Assembly: GCA_965227295.1 (NCBI GenBank)
Contig: OZ245742.1
Coordinates: 160,001 to 224,000 of the forward strand
DNA: 64,000 nucleotides
Origin: Leptonemataceae bacterium
GTDB lineage: Bacteria > Spirochaetota > Leptospiria > Leptospirales > Leptonemataceae
Direction of reading: 5' to 3'
Position numbers and translations under genes: made by a program. The notes beneath the pieces are model-generated. The model searched no databases. It was not told the origin of the DNA and saw only the letters and a list, made by a program, of their open reading frames with translations. Shown here in pieces: positions 29,778 through 39,262 of this stretch; the first letter of the stretch is position 1, and each line of letters begins with the position of its first letter.

Positions 29778-30673
29778 AACTCCTCGTAACCGGATGCACG
29801 GGTTTCATCGGCTCGAACCTGGTCCGCGGTCTGGTGGATACCGGCCACACAGTACACGCCGTGGTGCGACCGTCTTCGGATCTGGCCATCCTCGGCGAAG
29901 CACGATCACGAATCACCACGCATGTTTTCGACGAAGGCAGCGGCGATCTCAGGCCCATCGTATCCGCGGCACAGCCGGACGTGGTGTTACATCTGGCCTC
30001 GCTCTATCTTACGCATCACAAACCTGAACAAACCGCCGACCTCGTTCGCTCCAACGTACTTTTTGGCACGTTGCTCCTGGAGGCCATGCACGAGTGCGAT
30101 GTACGCCGTCTGATAAATACCGGCACCACCTGGCAGCACTTCGAGGACGGAACGTATGATCCCGTGAATCTGTACGCCGCGACGAAGCAGGCCTTTCAGG
30201 ATGTTGTCGAGTATTATGTGCGCGCGCGAAACTTTCAGGTCCTCACATTGAAACTCTCGGATACCTACGGGCCCGGCGATCCACGTCCGAAGATCTTTAA
30301 GCTTCTGCGTCGAACCGCGGAAAGCGGCGACATCCTGCGCATGTCCCCGGGCGAACAAAAGCTGGACCCTCTATACATCGACGACGCCGTCGCCGCTTTC
30401 CTGCGGGCCGTGGAACTTGTGAGTTCGGTACCGGAAGGCAATACCGGCCGGCACCAGATCTATGCGGCATTAACCGGAGACGCGCGTACCTTAAGAGAAA
30501 TCGTGGAATTGTTCAGCCGGGCCCTGGGCCGGGACATCTCCGTGGAATGGGGCGGATTGCCCTACCGTCCGCGGGAGGTATTCGCGCCGTACACCCGCGG
30601 CGAGAATATTCCTGGCTGGATGCCCGAGGTCGGCATCGAAGAGGGTTTACGACGTCTCGCAGAAGAAGGATGA
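29774..30673 (+). CDS. NAD-dependent epimerase/reductase (CDP-abequose/paratose synthase-like)
   Basis: TGCTGFIGS, HLAS, INTGT, YAATK and DTYGPGDPRPK motifs; ATGA overlap with the epimerase. Confidence 0.85.
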   Translation: MKLLVTGCTGFIGSNLVRGLVDTGHTVHAVVRPSSDLAILGEARSRITTHVFDEGSGDLRPIVSAAQPDVVLHLASLYLTHHKPEQTADLVRSNVLFGTLLLEAMHECDVRRLINTGTTWQHFEDGTYDPVNLYAATKQAFQDVVEYYVRARNFQVLTLKLSDTYGPGDPRPKIFKLLRRTAESGDILRMSPGEQKLDPLYIDDAVAAFLRAVELVSSVPEGNTGRHQIYAALTGDARTLREIVELFSRALGRDISVEWGGLPYRPREVFAPYTRGENIPGWMPEVGIEEGLRRLAEEG

Positions 30674-30686
30674 CCGGGCACCGTAC

Positions 30687-32027
30687 TCAGGTTCGGCCTT
30701 CTTGGTTCACTTCGTACGCAAACGCCTGGCCGTCGTCCCACAGTACGTTCATACCCGGCTCAATGTTCGCCTGCACGTGCAGGCGAAGGTGCAGGCAATC
30801 CTCAAGCACCGTGCCTTCCGGAAGGTGCTTTTTTCGGAAAACGCGACCCTCGCGATGATGAAAAAGCGGATAGTAGATGGAGCCGTAGGCCACAACCAGG
30901 CGCCCCGCAGGCTGTCCGTCGATCCATTCCAGCAGTTCGCGGACTGTACGCGTACCCGCATTGTTCCGACGCAGGAACAACTTCACAATCAACAAGAGAA
31001 CTTCCAGGCCGGCGACTATCGCTGCGAAAAGCCGCCAGTTCGGGTCCGCCAGGGCAAAACCGAAGACCACGGCCAGGGGAAACTTTGCGAAATGAAAGAA
31101 CTTGAACGGCCAGCCGATGGCCGAAAACCAGGAAATGGAATTGAGGACACCCCAGGCGGCCAAATACACCGCCGCGCCGGCGATCATGAACGGCATCGTG
31201 AACTGCACTGCGTCTTCGGGCGCGCCGATCGTGTTGCCGAACCAGGCAAGGAGTACGGGCAGCAGAATCAACAGGAGCGGTTCCGCCAGTTGATTGAAGT
31301 GATTGCGTCGAATACTCGTAAAGTAGGTCTTGATAATGTAAGCTTGAGTTTCGAAGAAACGAAAAACCCGCCCGCGAGAAATCAAAATAGAAAACAAAAA
31401 ACCCAGCACCACAACGATCAGAATCTCCGGTTGCAGGAATGCCTGGAAAATCATCCAGAGGATGAGCATTTGATACCCGAATTTCGAGGACAGAAAAATC
31501 GCCGTGACCAACGGAATACCGGCACCGTAGTAAAGATACGCGTAGGTCCCGAAAGCTTCCGAATCTGCATACAGCACTGCCAGGACGAAAAGTGCGTTCT
31601 GACACCAGGCGGCAAAGGCCCGGTGACCGAATGTTAGATTGCTGAGCGTACTGCCGCCGAACAGGAACACGGCCGCCGCGGCCAGGGATGCCTCCTCTTT
31701 CCAGGGAGTCGGCACGTAGTGATACGTGAGCGCAAGGACGAGAACGGCGCTCGCCGCTTCCAGCAGCGCCGGCATGTACGCTCGAATGCCCCGCGGGGGA
31801 AAGAACGCCGCCAGACGGTGAAAGAGGTACGGATAGTTATGCTGCATGGTCCCGGTCCAGCCCTCGGGATACGGCAGGCCGGTTTCACGAAACGCACGCA
31901 CGTGATTCAAGTGAAAGTACTCGTCGCTGTCCCAGAACACCGACCGATACCAAACCTGAAGCAGCAGGGCGGCCGCGATCAGAGACGCGGCACAGAGATA
32001 AAAGGCGGAGACGGATTCAATGAGCAT
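30687..32027 (-). CDS. polytopic membrane protein, possible GT-C-fold glycosyltransferase
   Basis: About 10 hydrophobic segments; acidic DSDEYFH loop after TM1 and a YPYLFH motif. Confidence 0.6.
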   Translation of the reverse strand: MLIESVSAFYLCAASLIAAALLLQVWYRSVFWDSDEYFHLNHVRAFRETGLPYPEGWTGTMQHNYPYLFHRLAAFFPPRGIRAYMPALLEAASAVLVLALTYHYVPTPWKEEASLAAAAVFLFGGSTLSNLTFGHRAFAAWCQNALFVLAVLYADSEAFGTYAYLYYGAGIPLVTAIFLSSKFGYQMLILWMIFQAFLQPEILIVVVLGFLFSILISRGRVFRFFETQAYIIKTYFTSIRRNHFNQLAEPLLLILLPVLLAWFGNTIGAPEDAVQFTMPFMIAGAAVYLAAWGVLNSISWFSAIGWPFKFFHFAKFPLAVVFGFALADPNWRLFAAIVAGLEVLLLIVKLFLRRNNAGTRTVRELLEWIDGQPAGRLVVAYGSIYYPLFHHREGRVFRKKHLPEGTVLEDCLHLRLHVQANIEPGMNVLWDDGQAFAYEVNQEGRT

Positions 32028-32033
32028 AAAATA

Positions 32034-32945
32034 TCAAACTCCGATCCAGGCCGCGCCGAACACGCCGGCGGAGTCCCCCAGCTCGTTCTTAAGAATCGGT
32101 GTACGTAAGTTACGGTGAAACGCGGCCTCGCGCACGTAGTCGGCGCCGCGCGAGTAAAGCTCTTCAATGTTCGAAAGACCGCCGCCGAGCACCACCGCGT
32201 CCGGATCCAGGGCACTGATGAGTCCGCCGAGGGCGCGACCGAAGTTTCTTAAGAATCGTTCAAACGATTCTACGGCCCGCTCGTCTTTGCCTTCCCGCGC
32301 CGCCGCGACGATGTCGGCCATGCGCCGCTTTTCTCCGTAGCGTTGTTCATAGTCTCGCGCCACGCCGGAGCCGCTGATCATCGTTTCCACACAGCCTCGA
32401 TTCCCGCACCAGCACTGCGCGCCCTCGGGATCCAGGGACATGTGTCCCCACTCGCCGGAGATGCCGTGGGGGCCGTGGCGCACGCCGCCGTTTTCGGAAC
32501 CGCCGATGTACAGACCGCCGCCGCAGCCGGTGCCCATAATCACACCCCACACGAAGTTATGGCCGCGGCCGGCGCCCATGCGGCACTCGGCCATGGTAAA
32601 ACAATTGGCGTCGTTTTGCACGGCAATGGGATGATTCAACTCGCGTTCCAGATCGGCCTGGAGCGGAAAGCCGATGAGGCACGTGGTGTTCGCGTTGTGC
32701 ACGAGCCCACTTTCGCCGTCGATGATGCCGGGAATGCCCATACCCAGGGTGAATTCACCGGCATTCGGAATCTTCGCGGCGGTGGCGCGCACGAGTTCGG
32801 CGATCGTCCGGATGATGGCCTGGTAACGTTCGGGGGTTCCGTCCGGCGGCGTGGGAACCCGCTCACGCGAGATCGTAACGCCCTCGGGGTCGAGGAGGAT
32901 GCTTTCGGTCTTGGTCCCGCCGAGATCTATGCCGATCCGGTACAC
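32034..32945 (-). CDS. ROK family sugar kinase (fructokinase/Mak-like)
   Basis: GIDLGGTK, NDANCF, GTGCGGG, GEWGH...CWCGNRGCVE and LGGGLSN motifs. Confidence 0.93.
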   Translation of the reverse strand: MYRIGIDLGGTKTESILLDPEGVTISRERVPTPPDGTPERYQAIIRTIAELVRATAAKIPNAGEFTLGMGIPGIIDGESGLVHNANTTCLIGFPLQADLERELNHPIAVQNDANCFTMAECRMGAGRGHNFVWGVIMGTGCGGGLYIGGSENGGVRHGPHGISGEWGHMSLDPEGAQCWCGNRGCVETMISGSGVARDYEQRYGEKRRMADIVAAAREGKDERAVESFERFLRNFGRALGGLISALDPDAVVLGGGLSNIEELYSRGADYVREAAFHRNLRTPILKNELGDSAGVFGAAWIGV

Positions 32946-32974
32946 GGTTGCGTTGAAAATTGCGCCCGGCCTCT

Positions 32975-33592
32975 TTAGACCTTCGCGGACTTGAAGATTT
33001 CCTCGATCTGCTTCTTGAGATCCGCGGTGGAGAACGGCTTAAACAGCACGGCCGCCGCGCCCTTTTCTCGCAACGTCGCCTCGGTCACGTGATCCTTGTG
33101 AGCCGTGATGATGACTACTTTCGTGTGCTTGAATTCGGGAGTTTCGAAGATTTTTTCGAGGATTTGGATCCCGGACAAACCGGGCATGAAGACGTCCAGA
33201 ATTGCCAGGTCGGGGCGGGACAGCCCCATCTGGATGAGGGCTTCGGCACCGGTGGAGCACAGCGTGATGTTGGCGTCCGGCGCGCTCTCCATAACGATGT
33301 CCTTGATGGAATCCAGCAGGTCCGGTTCGTCGTCGGCGATGAGGATGCGCTGCTTCGAAGACTGGCTGCGCGCGGCCGCGGGAAACTGGAACTTTTCCAG
33401 GAACTCCAGGAAGTCCTCGCGCTTCACCCGGCGATGGCCACCCGGGGTGCGGAAGGCCTTCAACACCCCGCGATCGATCCAGCTCTGCACCGTCTGCGTC
33501 GTTACGCCGCAAATTTTGCTGATGTCAGTGGTGCCGAGGATTTCGGCGAGTTCGGCGACGTTGGGTGGATTCTTTTTACCTGTAGATTTCAT
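32975..33592 (-). CDS. response regulator with N-terminal excisionase/MerR-like HTH
   Basis: TVQSWIDRGVLKAFRTPGGHRRV then a REC domain (IADDE, ILDVFMP, T, KP). Confidence 0.9.
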   Translation of the reverse strand: MKSTGKKNPPNVAELAEILGTTDISKICGVTTQTVQSWIDRGVLKAFRTPGGHRRVKREDFLEFLEKFQFPAAARSQSSKQRILIADDEPDLLDSIKDIVMESAPDANITLCSTGAEALIQMGLSRPDLAILDVFMPGLSGIQILEKIFETPEFKHTKVVIITAHKDHVTEATLREKGAAAVLFKPFSTADLKKQIEEIFKSAKV

Positions 33593-33760
33593 TTCCTGAA
33601 CTTATCCCGCGTTCATTTACAAATTACAGGGCCTCGAATATTTTTGCAGCAGAAAATTGAAAAAAGTGGCAATTTTGAGGAGGACCACTTTCGAATATGT
33701 CCCACAAAGCGCGGAGGCAATACCTGATTTGAACCTGTATTATTACTGTCGTGAAATTGT

Positions 33761-34426
33761 ATGGGGCGGTGCATCATGAACGAATCGCATGCAACCGTCG
33801 GCCGCAATCGCCTCTCGGTCCTCGGAGCACTGACCGGCGCCGTTACCCATGAACTCAATAACATCTTCGGCATCCTCGGCCTGCGGCTGGAGAAACTCAG
33901 TCTCGAACTGGAAGGCAACCAGGCGACGGAGCGTGACCTGGAAGTCATCCAGCGCAACGTTGACCGCGCGGGAAGCCTGATCGGCCGGCTCCAGGACTTT
34001 CGCGCCGCGGCGGAGCGGCCCGTCTCTCCGGTTGCGGGAAAGATTAACCTGGCGAAGACCCTGCAACCCGCGGTGGACGCTCTCACGGCGCTCTACGATC
34101 GTAAACTTCCCCTCGATGTACATTTCGAAGACGGCCTGCATGCGGCCTGTGTTTCCGAGGATCTGGCGTTGTTTTTCATGACCGCCGTGCAATGGTTGCG
34201 CCGGCACATTGCCCCGGGCAGTGGAGTGAGCGTGCGACTGACGCAAGACCGGGGCGTGAGGCTGGAACTCAGCGGCCAGGCGGCCGAAACGGAGACCGCC
34301 GAAACTCCGGCCGAGGTCCTCCGTACGCTCCTCGATGCGCTGGCCGCGCATCCGGACAACGGACTCGGCGCATGCGAGCTTGCGCGCTCCGGGGATCGGG
34401 TTACGATAAACCTGCGATTGGAATAA
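33761..34426 (+). CDS. HisKA (DHp) domain protein with degenerate ATPase domain
   Basis: H-box AVTHELNNIFG; no sensor domain and no recognisable N/G1/G2 boxes. Confidence 0.65.
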   Translation: MGRCIMNESHATVGRNRLSVLGALTGAVTHELNNIFGILGLRLEKLSLELEGNQATERDLEVIQRNVDRAGSLIGRLQDFRAAAERPVSPVAGKINLAKTLQPAVDALTALYDRKLPLDVHFEDGLHAACVSEDLALFFMTAVQWLRRHIAPGSGVSVRLTQDRGVRLELSGQAAETETAETPAEVLRTLLDALAAHPDNGLGACELARSGDRVTINLRLE

Positions 34427-34427
34427 C

Positions 34428-34718
34428 TCAACCGCGCTCGCGTTCTTCGCGCAGCTTTTCGTTCGCGGCTTCCAGTTCCTGAATGCGCTTAAAGGCCTGC
34501 ATCAGTTCATCGCGGCTCATTTCCTCGACCTCGTCCTTCGCCTCCATGGTTTCGTGGGCTGCAATCATCTCCTGCCGGGTGTACGACGACAGGCGCTCGT
34601 ACATCTGGATGATTTCCGATTGGTTGGCCAGTTCCTGCTCGTTGAGCTTCAGGATGCGTTCGAGACTGGCAATGACCTCTTTCTGCGCCGCCACTTTTTG
34701 TTCCAGGTTCTCCGCCAT
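34428..34718 (-). CDS. small coiled-coil protein
   Basis: MAENLEQKVAAQKEVIASLERILKLNEQEL...; start codon overlaps the FNR stop by 1 nt (TGATG). Confidence 0.7.
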   Translation of the reverse strand: MAENLEQKVAAQKEVIASLERILKLNEQELANQSEIIQMYERLSSYTRQEMIAAHETMEAKDEVEEMSRDELMQAFKRIQELEAANEKLREERERG

Positions 34719-35629
34719 CAATAGACCTCTACGTTCCATTTCCCCGTGAGTTTGAGCTCGTTCTTCCACTCGGCCCAGTCCCGACCGTGCTCCCGACACA
34801 GCGATTCCATAACCTCTTCGATACCGCTTTCCATGCCTTTGAGTCCGCAGATATACATGGCGAAGTTCCCGTCTTTCATGAGCTCCCAGACGTCGGCAGC
34901 ATGTTCGGCCAGGCGATGTTGCACATAGACCTTACCGCCGTCGGGGCGTTTGTCCTCCCGGGAGCGGGCGACAAAGGCCTTGTAGTTCGGCTGATCGTCG
35001 AAGGCGCGCATGTCGTCGTTCGCTCCGTTCATGTACATGAGTTCTTTTTGCGTTTTTACACCGTAGAACAAACGAATCTCGCCCTTCCAACCGGCGTGTT
35101 CATCGTAGATGTGCTTCAGGAACGAACGAAACGGAGCGACGCCGGTGCCCGCGGCCATGAGGAGGAGATGCATGCTCTCGTCCAGGGGCAGCGCGAAGTG
35201 TTTGCCCACCGGCCCGGTGACCTGCACGACATCACCGGGCTTGAGATCGCATATATAATTAGAACAAACCCCGTTGTAGGTAACATCCGGATTGTCCCAA
35301 TGAGGTTCGCGGAGCCGCTTGGTGCACAACGAGACGGTCTCGCCCTGACCGTCATCCCCGCGACGGGCCGACGCAATAGAGTACAGGCGGAGCTTATGCG
35401 GCTTACCGTCTTCGCGGGTTCCGGGGGCGAGGACCCCCAGGGACTGGCCCTCAACGTATTGAAGATTCGCGCCGCGAATGTCCAGGACGGTATGCTTGAG
35501 GTCGTCGGTGCTTTCCGGCAGATGCAGAGGATCGTTCCGTAGAACCGTGGCTTCCAGCGGACCGCTGAGTTTGTAGGTCGAGCTTCCCGGCGGTAGCTCG
35601 TACTTCGCGATCTTCCGCATGGTTTCCAT
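34718..35629 (-). CDS. ferredoxin--NADP+ reductase, plant/plastidic type
   Basis: EGQSLGV, RLYSIAS, GVCSNYICDL, GTGVAPFR, YICGLKGM and C-terminal NVEVY. Confidence 0.95.
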   Translation of the reverse strand: METMRKIAKYELPPGSSTYKLSGPLEATVLRNDPLHLPESTDDLKHTVLDIRGANLQYVEGQSLGVLAPGTREDGKPHKLRLYSIASARRGDDGQGETVSLCTKRLREPHWDNPDVTYNGVCSNYICDLKPGDVVQVTGPVGKHFALPLDESMHLLLMAAGTGVAPFRSFLKHIYDEHAGWKGEIRLFYGVKTQKELMYMNGANDDMRAFDDQPNYKAFVARSREDKRPDGGKVYVQHRLAEHAADVWELMKDGNFAMYICGLKGMESGIEEVMESLCREHGRDWAEWKNELKLTGKWNVEVY

Positions 35630-35751
35630 GCCCGCACGCCGCCCTCAGGAATTAAAGAGTTTTTTCATCTCCTTCGAAGACGCCAGGCTCGGTTCACTGT
35701 CGGCAGGCATGGATTCTGGTTGCCGCACGATCCCCGGGTTCATTATGCTGC

Positions 35752-36705
35752 ATGGCGATGATCGAAGTTCAGGGCTTGAGCAAGAGTTACGGCGACTTCC
35801 CGGCTCTGCAGGACGTCAGCTTCAGCATTCAGAGGGACCACGGCATCACCGCCCTCCTCGGTCCGAACGGCGCCGGCAAGACCACCACCATGCGTCTGTT
35901 GACAGGATATCTGGAACCCACGGCCGGCTCCATCCGCATCGACGGTCGGGACCTGGCGGATGAACAGCAACGCCTGGAGATGAAGCGCAACGTCGGCTAC
36001 CTTCCGGAAACGACGCCGCTGTATCCGGAGATGCTCGTCTCCGAATTCCTGGAGTTTGCCGGCCGCGTCCGCGGGCTCAGCGACGACGCCCTGGAGCCCC
36101 GCGCCCGGGACATGATCGAAAAACTGGAACTCGGCTCGCATCTCTACTCGCCCATTGGCATTCTTTCGAAGGGCTTCCGGCAACGCGTGGCCCTCGCCGG
36201 CACGCTCATCCACGAACCCGGCGTCATCATCCTGGACGAACCGACGTCCGGCCTGGACCCGAACCAGATCTCGCACATTCGCACGCTCATCAAATCGCTC
36301 AGTCGCGCCGCAACGCTAATCCTCAGCACGCACATCTTACAGGAAGTCGAAGACATCTGCGATCGGGTCATCATCGTAAGCCGCGGACGCATTGTCGCCG
36401 ACGCGCCCACCACGGAACTGCGCAGTCTGCCGTCCGTGCGCATCGTCGCGCGCAGTACGGCGAACGCGGGCAACACCGAAGAGATTGCATCGAAACTCAA
36501 GGATTCCAGCCTGGTGCGCTCGTGCCGCCCGGACGCGGGAACAGCCACCGTGCCGGACGGTTTCGCGGCGGTGATCTGTGAACTGGAAGGCGATCGACCG
36601 GAGCAACTGTTCGCCCACGTCGCTTCTCAGGGCTGGGAGGTCCGGGAGTTCGCGCCGCTCAAACGTTCGCTCCAGGAAATCTTCGGCGAACTGACCGCCA
36701 ACTAA
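35752..36705 (+). CDS. ABC transporter ATP-binding protein (GldA-like)
   Basis: GPNGAGKTT, LSKGFRQRV, ILDEPTSGLDP and STH motifs. Confidence 0.95.
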   Translation: MAMIEVQGLSKSYGDFPALQDVSFSIQRDHGITALLGPNGAGKTTTMRLLTGYLEPTAGSIRIDGRDLADEQQRLEMKRNVGYLPETTPLYPEMLVSEFLEFAGRVRGLSDDALEPRARDMIEKLELGSHLYSPIGILSKGFRQRVALAGTLIHEPGVIILDEPTSGLDPNQISHIRTLIKSLSRAATLILSTHILQEVEDICDRVIIVSRGRIVADAPTTELRSLPSVRIVARSTANAGNTEEIASKLKDSSLVRSCRPDAGTATVPDGFAAVICELEGDRPEQLFAHVASQGWEVREFAPLKRSLQEIFGELTAN

Positions 36706-36737
36706 ACGCGGCTCGCACCGCAAATCATCAAAGCATC

Positions 36738-37484
36738 ATGTTACAGAGTGAATGGAAGATTCTTTACGGCCGCGAATTGCGGAACTACTTCAATACGCCC
36801 ATCGGCTATGTGTTCGCCACGGCGTGTTTGTTCTTTAACTTTCTGTTTTTCTTTCTGGGGCTGATTCCGCCCATCGTCCCGGCCTTCTTCGAAACCGGCA
36901 CCGCGGACCTGCGCGGCTACTTTAACCTGCTGCCGATTACGTTCATTTTGCTCGTGCCGGCCATCACCATGCGCACCTGGGCCGAAGAACACAAGGCGGG
37001 CACCATCGAACTGTTGAGCACGCTACCGCTCCGGGAAGTGGACCTGGTCGTCGCCAAGTTTGCGGCCGCCTGGACCTACGTCAGCGCGTTGATCATCGCG
37101 TCGTTACCGCTGGCGATTTCGGTCTGGTTCATCGGCGACGGCTTCGACTGGGGCAACCTGTTCACCATGTACGTCGGTTCCATCCTCATGGCCGGCGCCT
37201 ACGTGAGCACGGGACTCGTTATCTCGGCGCTCACCCGGGAACAGATCGTCGCGTTTATTCTGATCTTCTTCGTATCGCTGTTCATGTTTCTCACGAACTA
37301 TTATTTAATCATCCGGCAGCACGTGTCGTCCGGCATCGGTTCGGTGCTGGGCTTTTTCTCGCACAGCTATCACTACGCCTCGTTCTCCCGGGGCGTTCTG
37401 GACCTCGGCGACGTTTTTTATTACTTAAGTTTCATGGCCCTGATGTTAGCGATCAACGTCTGGGTCCTCCGGAGTGAGCGCTGA
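36738..37484 (+). CDS. ABC-2 permease (GldF-like)
   Basis: ELRNYFNTPIGY, PAITMRTWAEE, GTIELL and SALTREQIVAF motifs. Confidence 0.92.
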   Translation: MLQSEWKILYGRELRNYFNTPIGYVFATACLFFNFLFFFLGLIPPIVPAFFETGTADLRGYFNLLPITFILLVPAITMRTWAEEHKAGTIELLSTLPLREVDLVVAKFAAAWTYVSALIIASLPLAISVWFIGDGFDWGNLFTMYVGSILMAGAYVSTGLVISALTREQIVAFILIFFVSLFMFLTNYYLIIRQHVSSGIGSVLGFFSHSYHYASFSRGVLDLGDVFYYLSFMALMLAINVWVLRSER

Positions 37485-39256
37485 TGATGAAACAACTGCT
37501 CGTACTCCTCAATCGACGCTCCGTCGTCTACGTTAACGTCGTGCTGGCGTTCTTTTTGCTCAACGGCGTCTTCGCGCGCTCCGGTTGTCGTCTGGACTTT
37601 ACGAAGGACGGCCTTAACTCGCTGACGGCCAGCACGGAACAGGTCCTCTCGAAACTCGACGACCCCCTCATCGTCGAGGCGTATGTCTCTCTGGGCGTTC
37701 CCGGTGAGTTCCAGAGCGACCTGTTGCCCCTGGTGAGCCTGCTGCGGGAGATCGGTCGCACCGGCGGCGATAACGTGCGCATGACGATCGTCGATCCCGC
37801 GGACGAAGACGAACGCCGCCGCGCCGAAGAACGAGGCGTGCGTCCCATCGAACTCACCCAGCAGAAGGATGCCGAGGCCAAAGCCCAGATTGCTTTCTTC
37901 GGCGTCTATATTCAATACGGCGAAAAGAGCACCGTGCTGAACTTAGTGCAGAACGGTTGGTTCATTCCGGATCTGGAGTACCAATTCTTACGCGAGGTGC
38001 GCAAACTCATGCGCGACGACGATGTCTCCGGCCTCGCCTTCGTGAGCGCGCCGGGCACGGGCACCATGCGCTCCTGGCAGAGCGCCGCCGATCAAAACAA
38101 GGACAACTACTTCGCCTTCAAGACCTTGCTGGAGCGCGAACAGGGCCGGGTCGAAGAGATCGACCTGGCTTCCCGAATCCCCGCCGCCATTCACACGCTG
38201 ATCCTCACGGGCCTGCCGCGCTTCGAAGACGCGGAGGTCTATCATCTCGATCAGTTTCTCATGCGCGGCGGCAACCTGGTCTTTCTCGCGAAGGGCTTCG
38301 ATTTTTCGATGCAACAGCCGGACCCGCGCATGGCGCAGTTCGGCATGTCCGGCGGCGGCGGTCTCGGCTTCGCCACCGTTCCGCAGGAGGACCTGCGTCG
38401 GGTGAACGACTGGCTCGGCCGCTACGGCGTACTGATCAACGGCGAGATCCTCTTCGAGCCGCGCCAGGCTATGCCGATTCTTGATATTTTTGGACAATAT
38501 TTACGACAGTTCAACTATTCGGCCTGGGCCGTCTACGACCGCCGCCAGGGGGACCTGCCCTCGGATCATCCGGCGGTGAAGGACATTGAACAGGTGGTCT
38601 TCCCCTGGTTTTCTTCGCTGGATTTGCGCGAGGCGCAGCAACCGAACGCGAAGTTCGATGTGCTGGTGCAGAGCAGCCCGGGGGTCGTGCGTAGGGAGAC
38701 GTCTTCCATGGACTATGCCGCCGTGGAAGGCGCGGGCACCGAGGCCGCCGACGAGGTCGTGGGCCGCGCGCAGCCCCTGGCGGTGCTGATCCACGGCAAA
38801 CTACGGAGCGCTTTCGCCCGGAACAATCTGCCCGAGGGCGTGGACACCACGCGTTTCCGTGAGGGCCAGGTTGGTGATAGCCGGGCGAACATCGTGGTCG
38901 CGGGTTCGCCGTACCTCGTCTCGGACGTGTTGCTGCGGGAACAGGCCAACGGCGCGCAGATCTTTCAGTTGAATCGTGCTTTTCTGCTGAACCTGCTCGA
39001 AGCCGTGGAAGGCGACACGGCCTTGCTCGCCGCGCGCTCCCGGGTGCGCACCATCTCGCGCATCACACCGATCTCCAGCGACGAGGAAGTACAATCGGCC
39101 TTCGAGACGTTCTTTACCTGGTTCCACGTCCTGGCCCTGCCGATTCTGCTCGCCATCTACGGAACGGTACGCCTGGCGGGCCGCAACCAGCGCCGCGGCC
39201 TGAGCGACGGCGACAGTCGGGACGAACCGGAAGTACAGGCCACGGTAAAATCGTAA
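37484..39256 (+). CDS. GldG-family ABC auxiliary component
   Basis: RLDFTKDGLNSL, LEYQF, LDQFLMRGGNL; N- and C-terminal TM anchors. Confidence 0.88.
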   Translation: MMKQLLVLLNRRSVVYVNVVLAFFLLNGVFARSGCRLDFTKDGLNSLTASTEQVLSKLDDPLIVEAYVSLGVPGEFQSDLLPLVSLLREIGRTGGDNVRMTIVDPADEDERRRAEERGVRPIELTQQKDAEAKAQIAFFGVYIQYGEKSTVLNLVQNGWFIPDLEYQFLREVRKLMRDDDVSGLAFVSAPGTGTMRSWQSAADQNKDNYFAFKTLLEREQGRVEEIDLASRIPAAIHTLILTGLPRFEDAEVYHLDQFLMRGGNLVFLAKGFDFSMQQPDPRMAQFGMSGGGGLGFATVPQEDLRRVNDWLGRYGVLINGEILFEPRQAMPILDIFGQYLRQFNYSAWAVYDRRQGDLPSDHPAVKDIEQVVFPWFSSLDLREAQQPNAKFDVLVQSSPGVVRRETSSMDYAAVEGAGTEAADEVVGRAQPLAVLIHGKLRSAFARNNLPEGVDTTRFREGQVGDSRANIVVAGSPYLVSDVLLREQANGAQIFQLNRAFLLNLLEAVEGDTALLAARSRVRTISRITPISSDEEVQSAFETFFTWFHVLALPILLAIYGTVRLAGRNQRRGLSDGDSRDEPEVQATVKS

Positions 39257-39262
39257 GTTATT

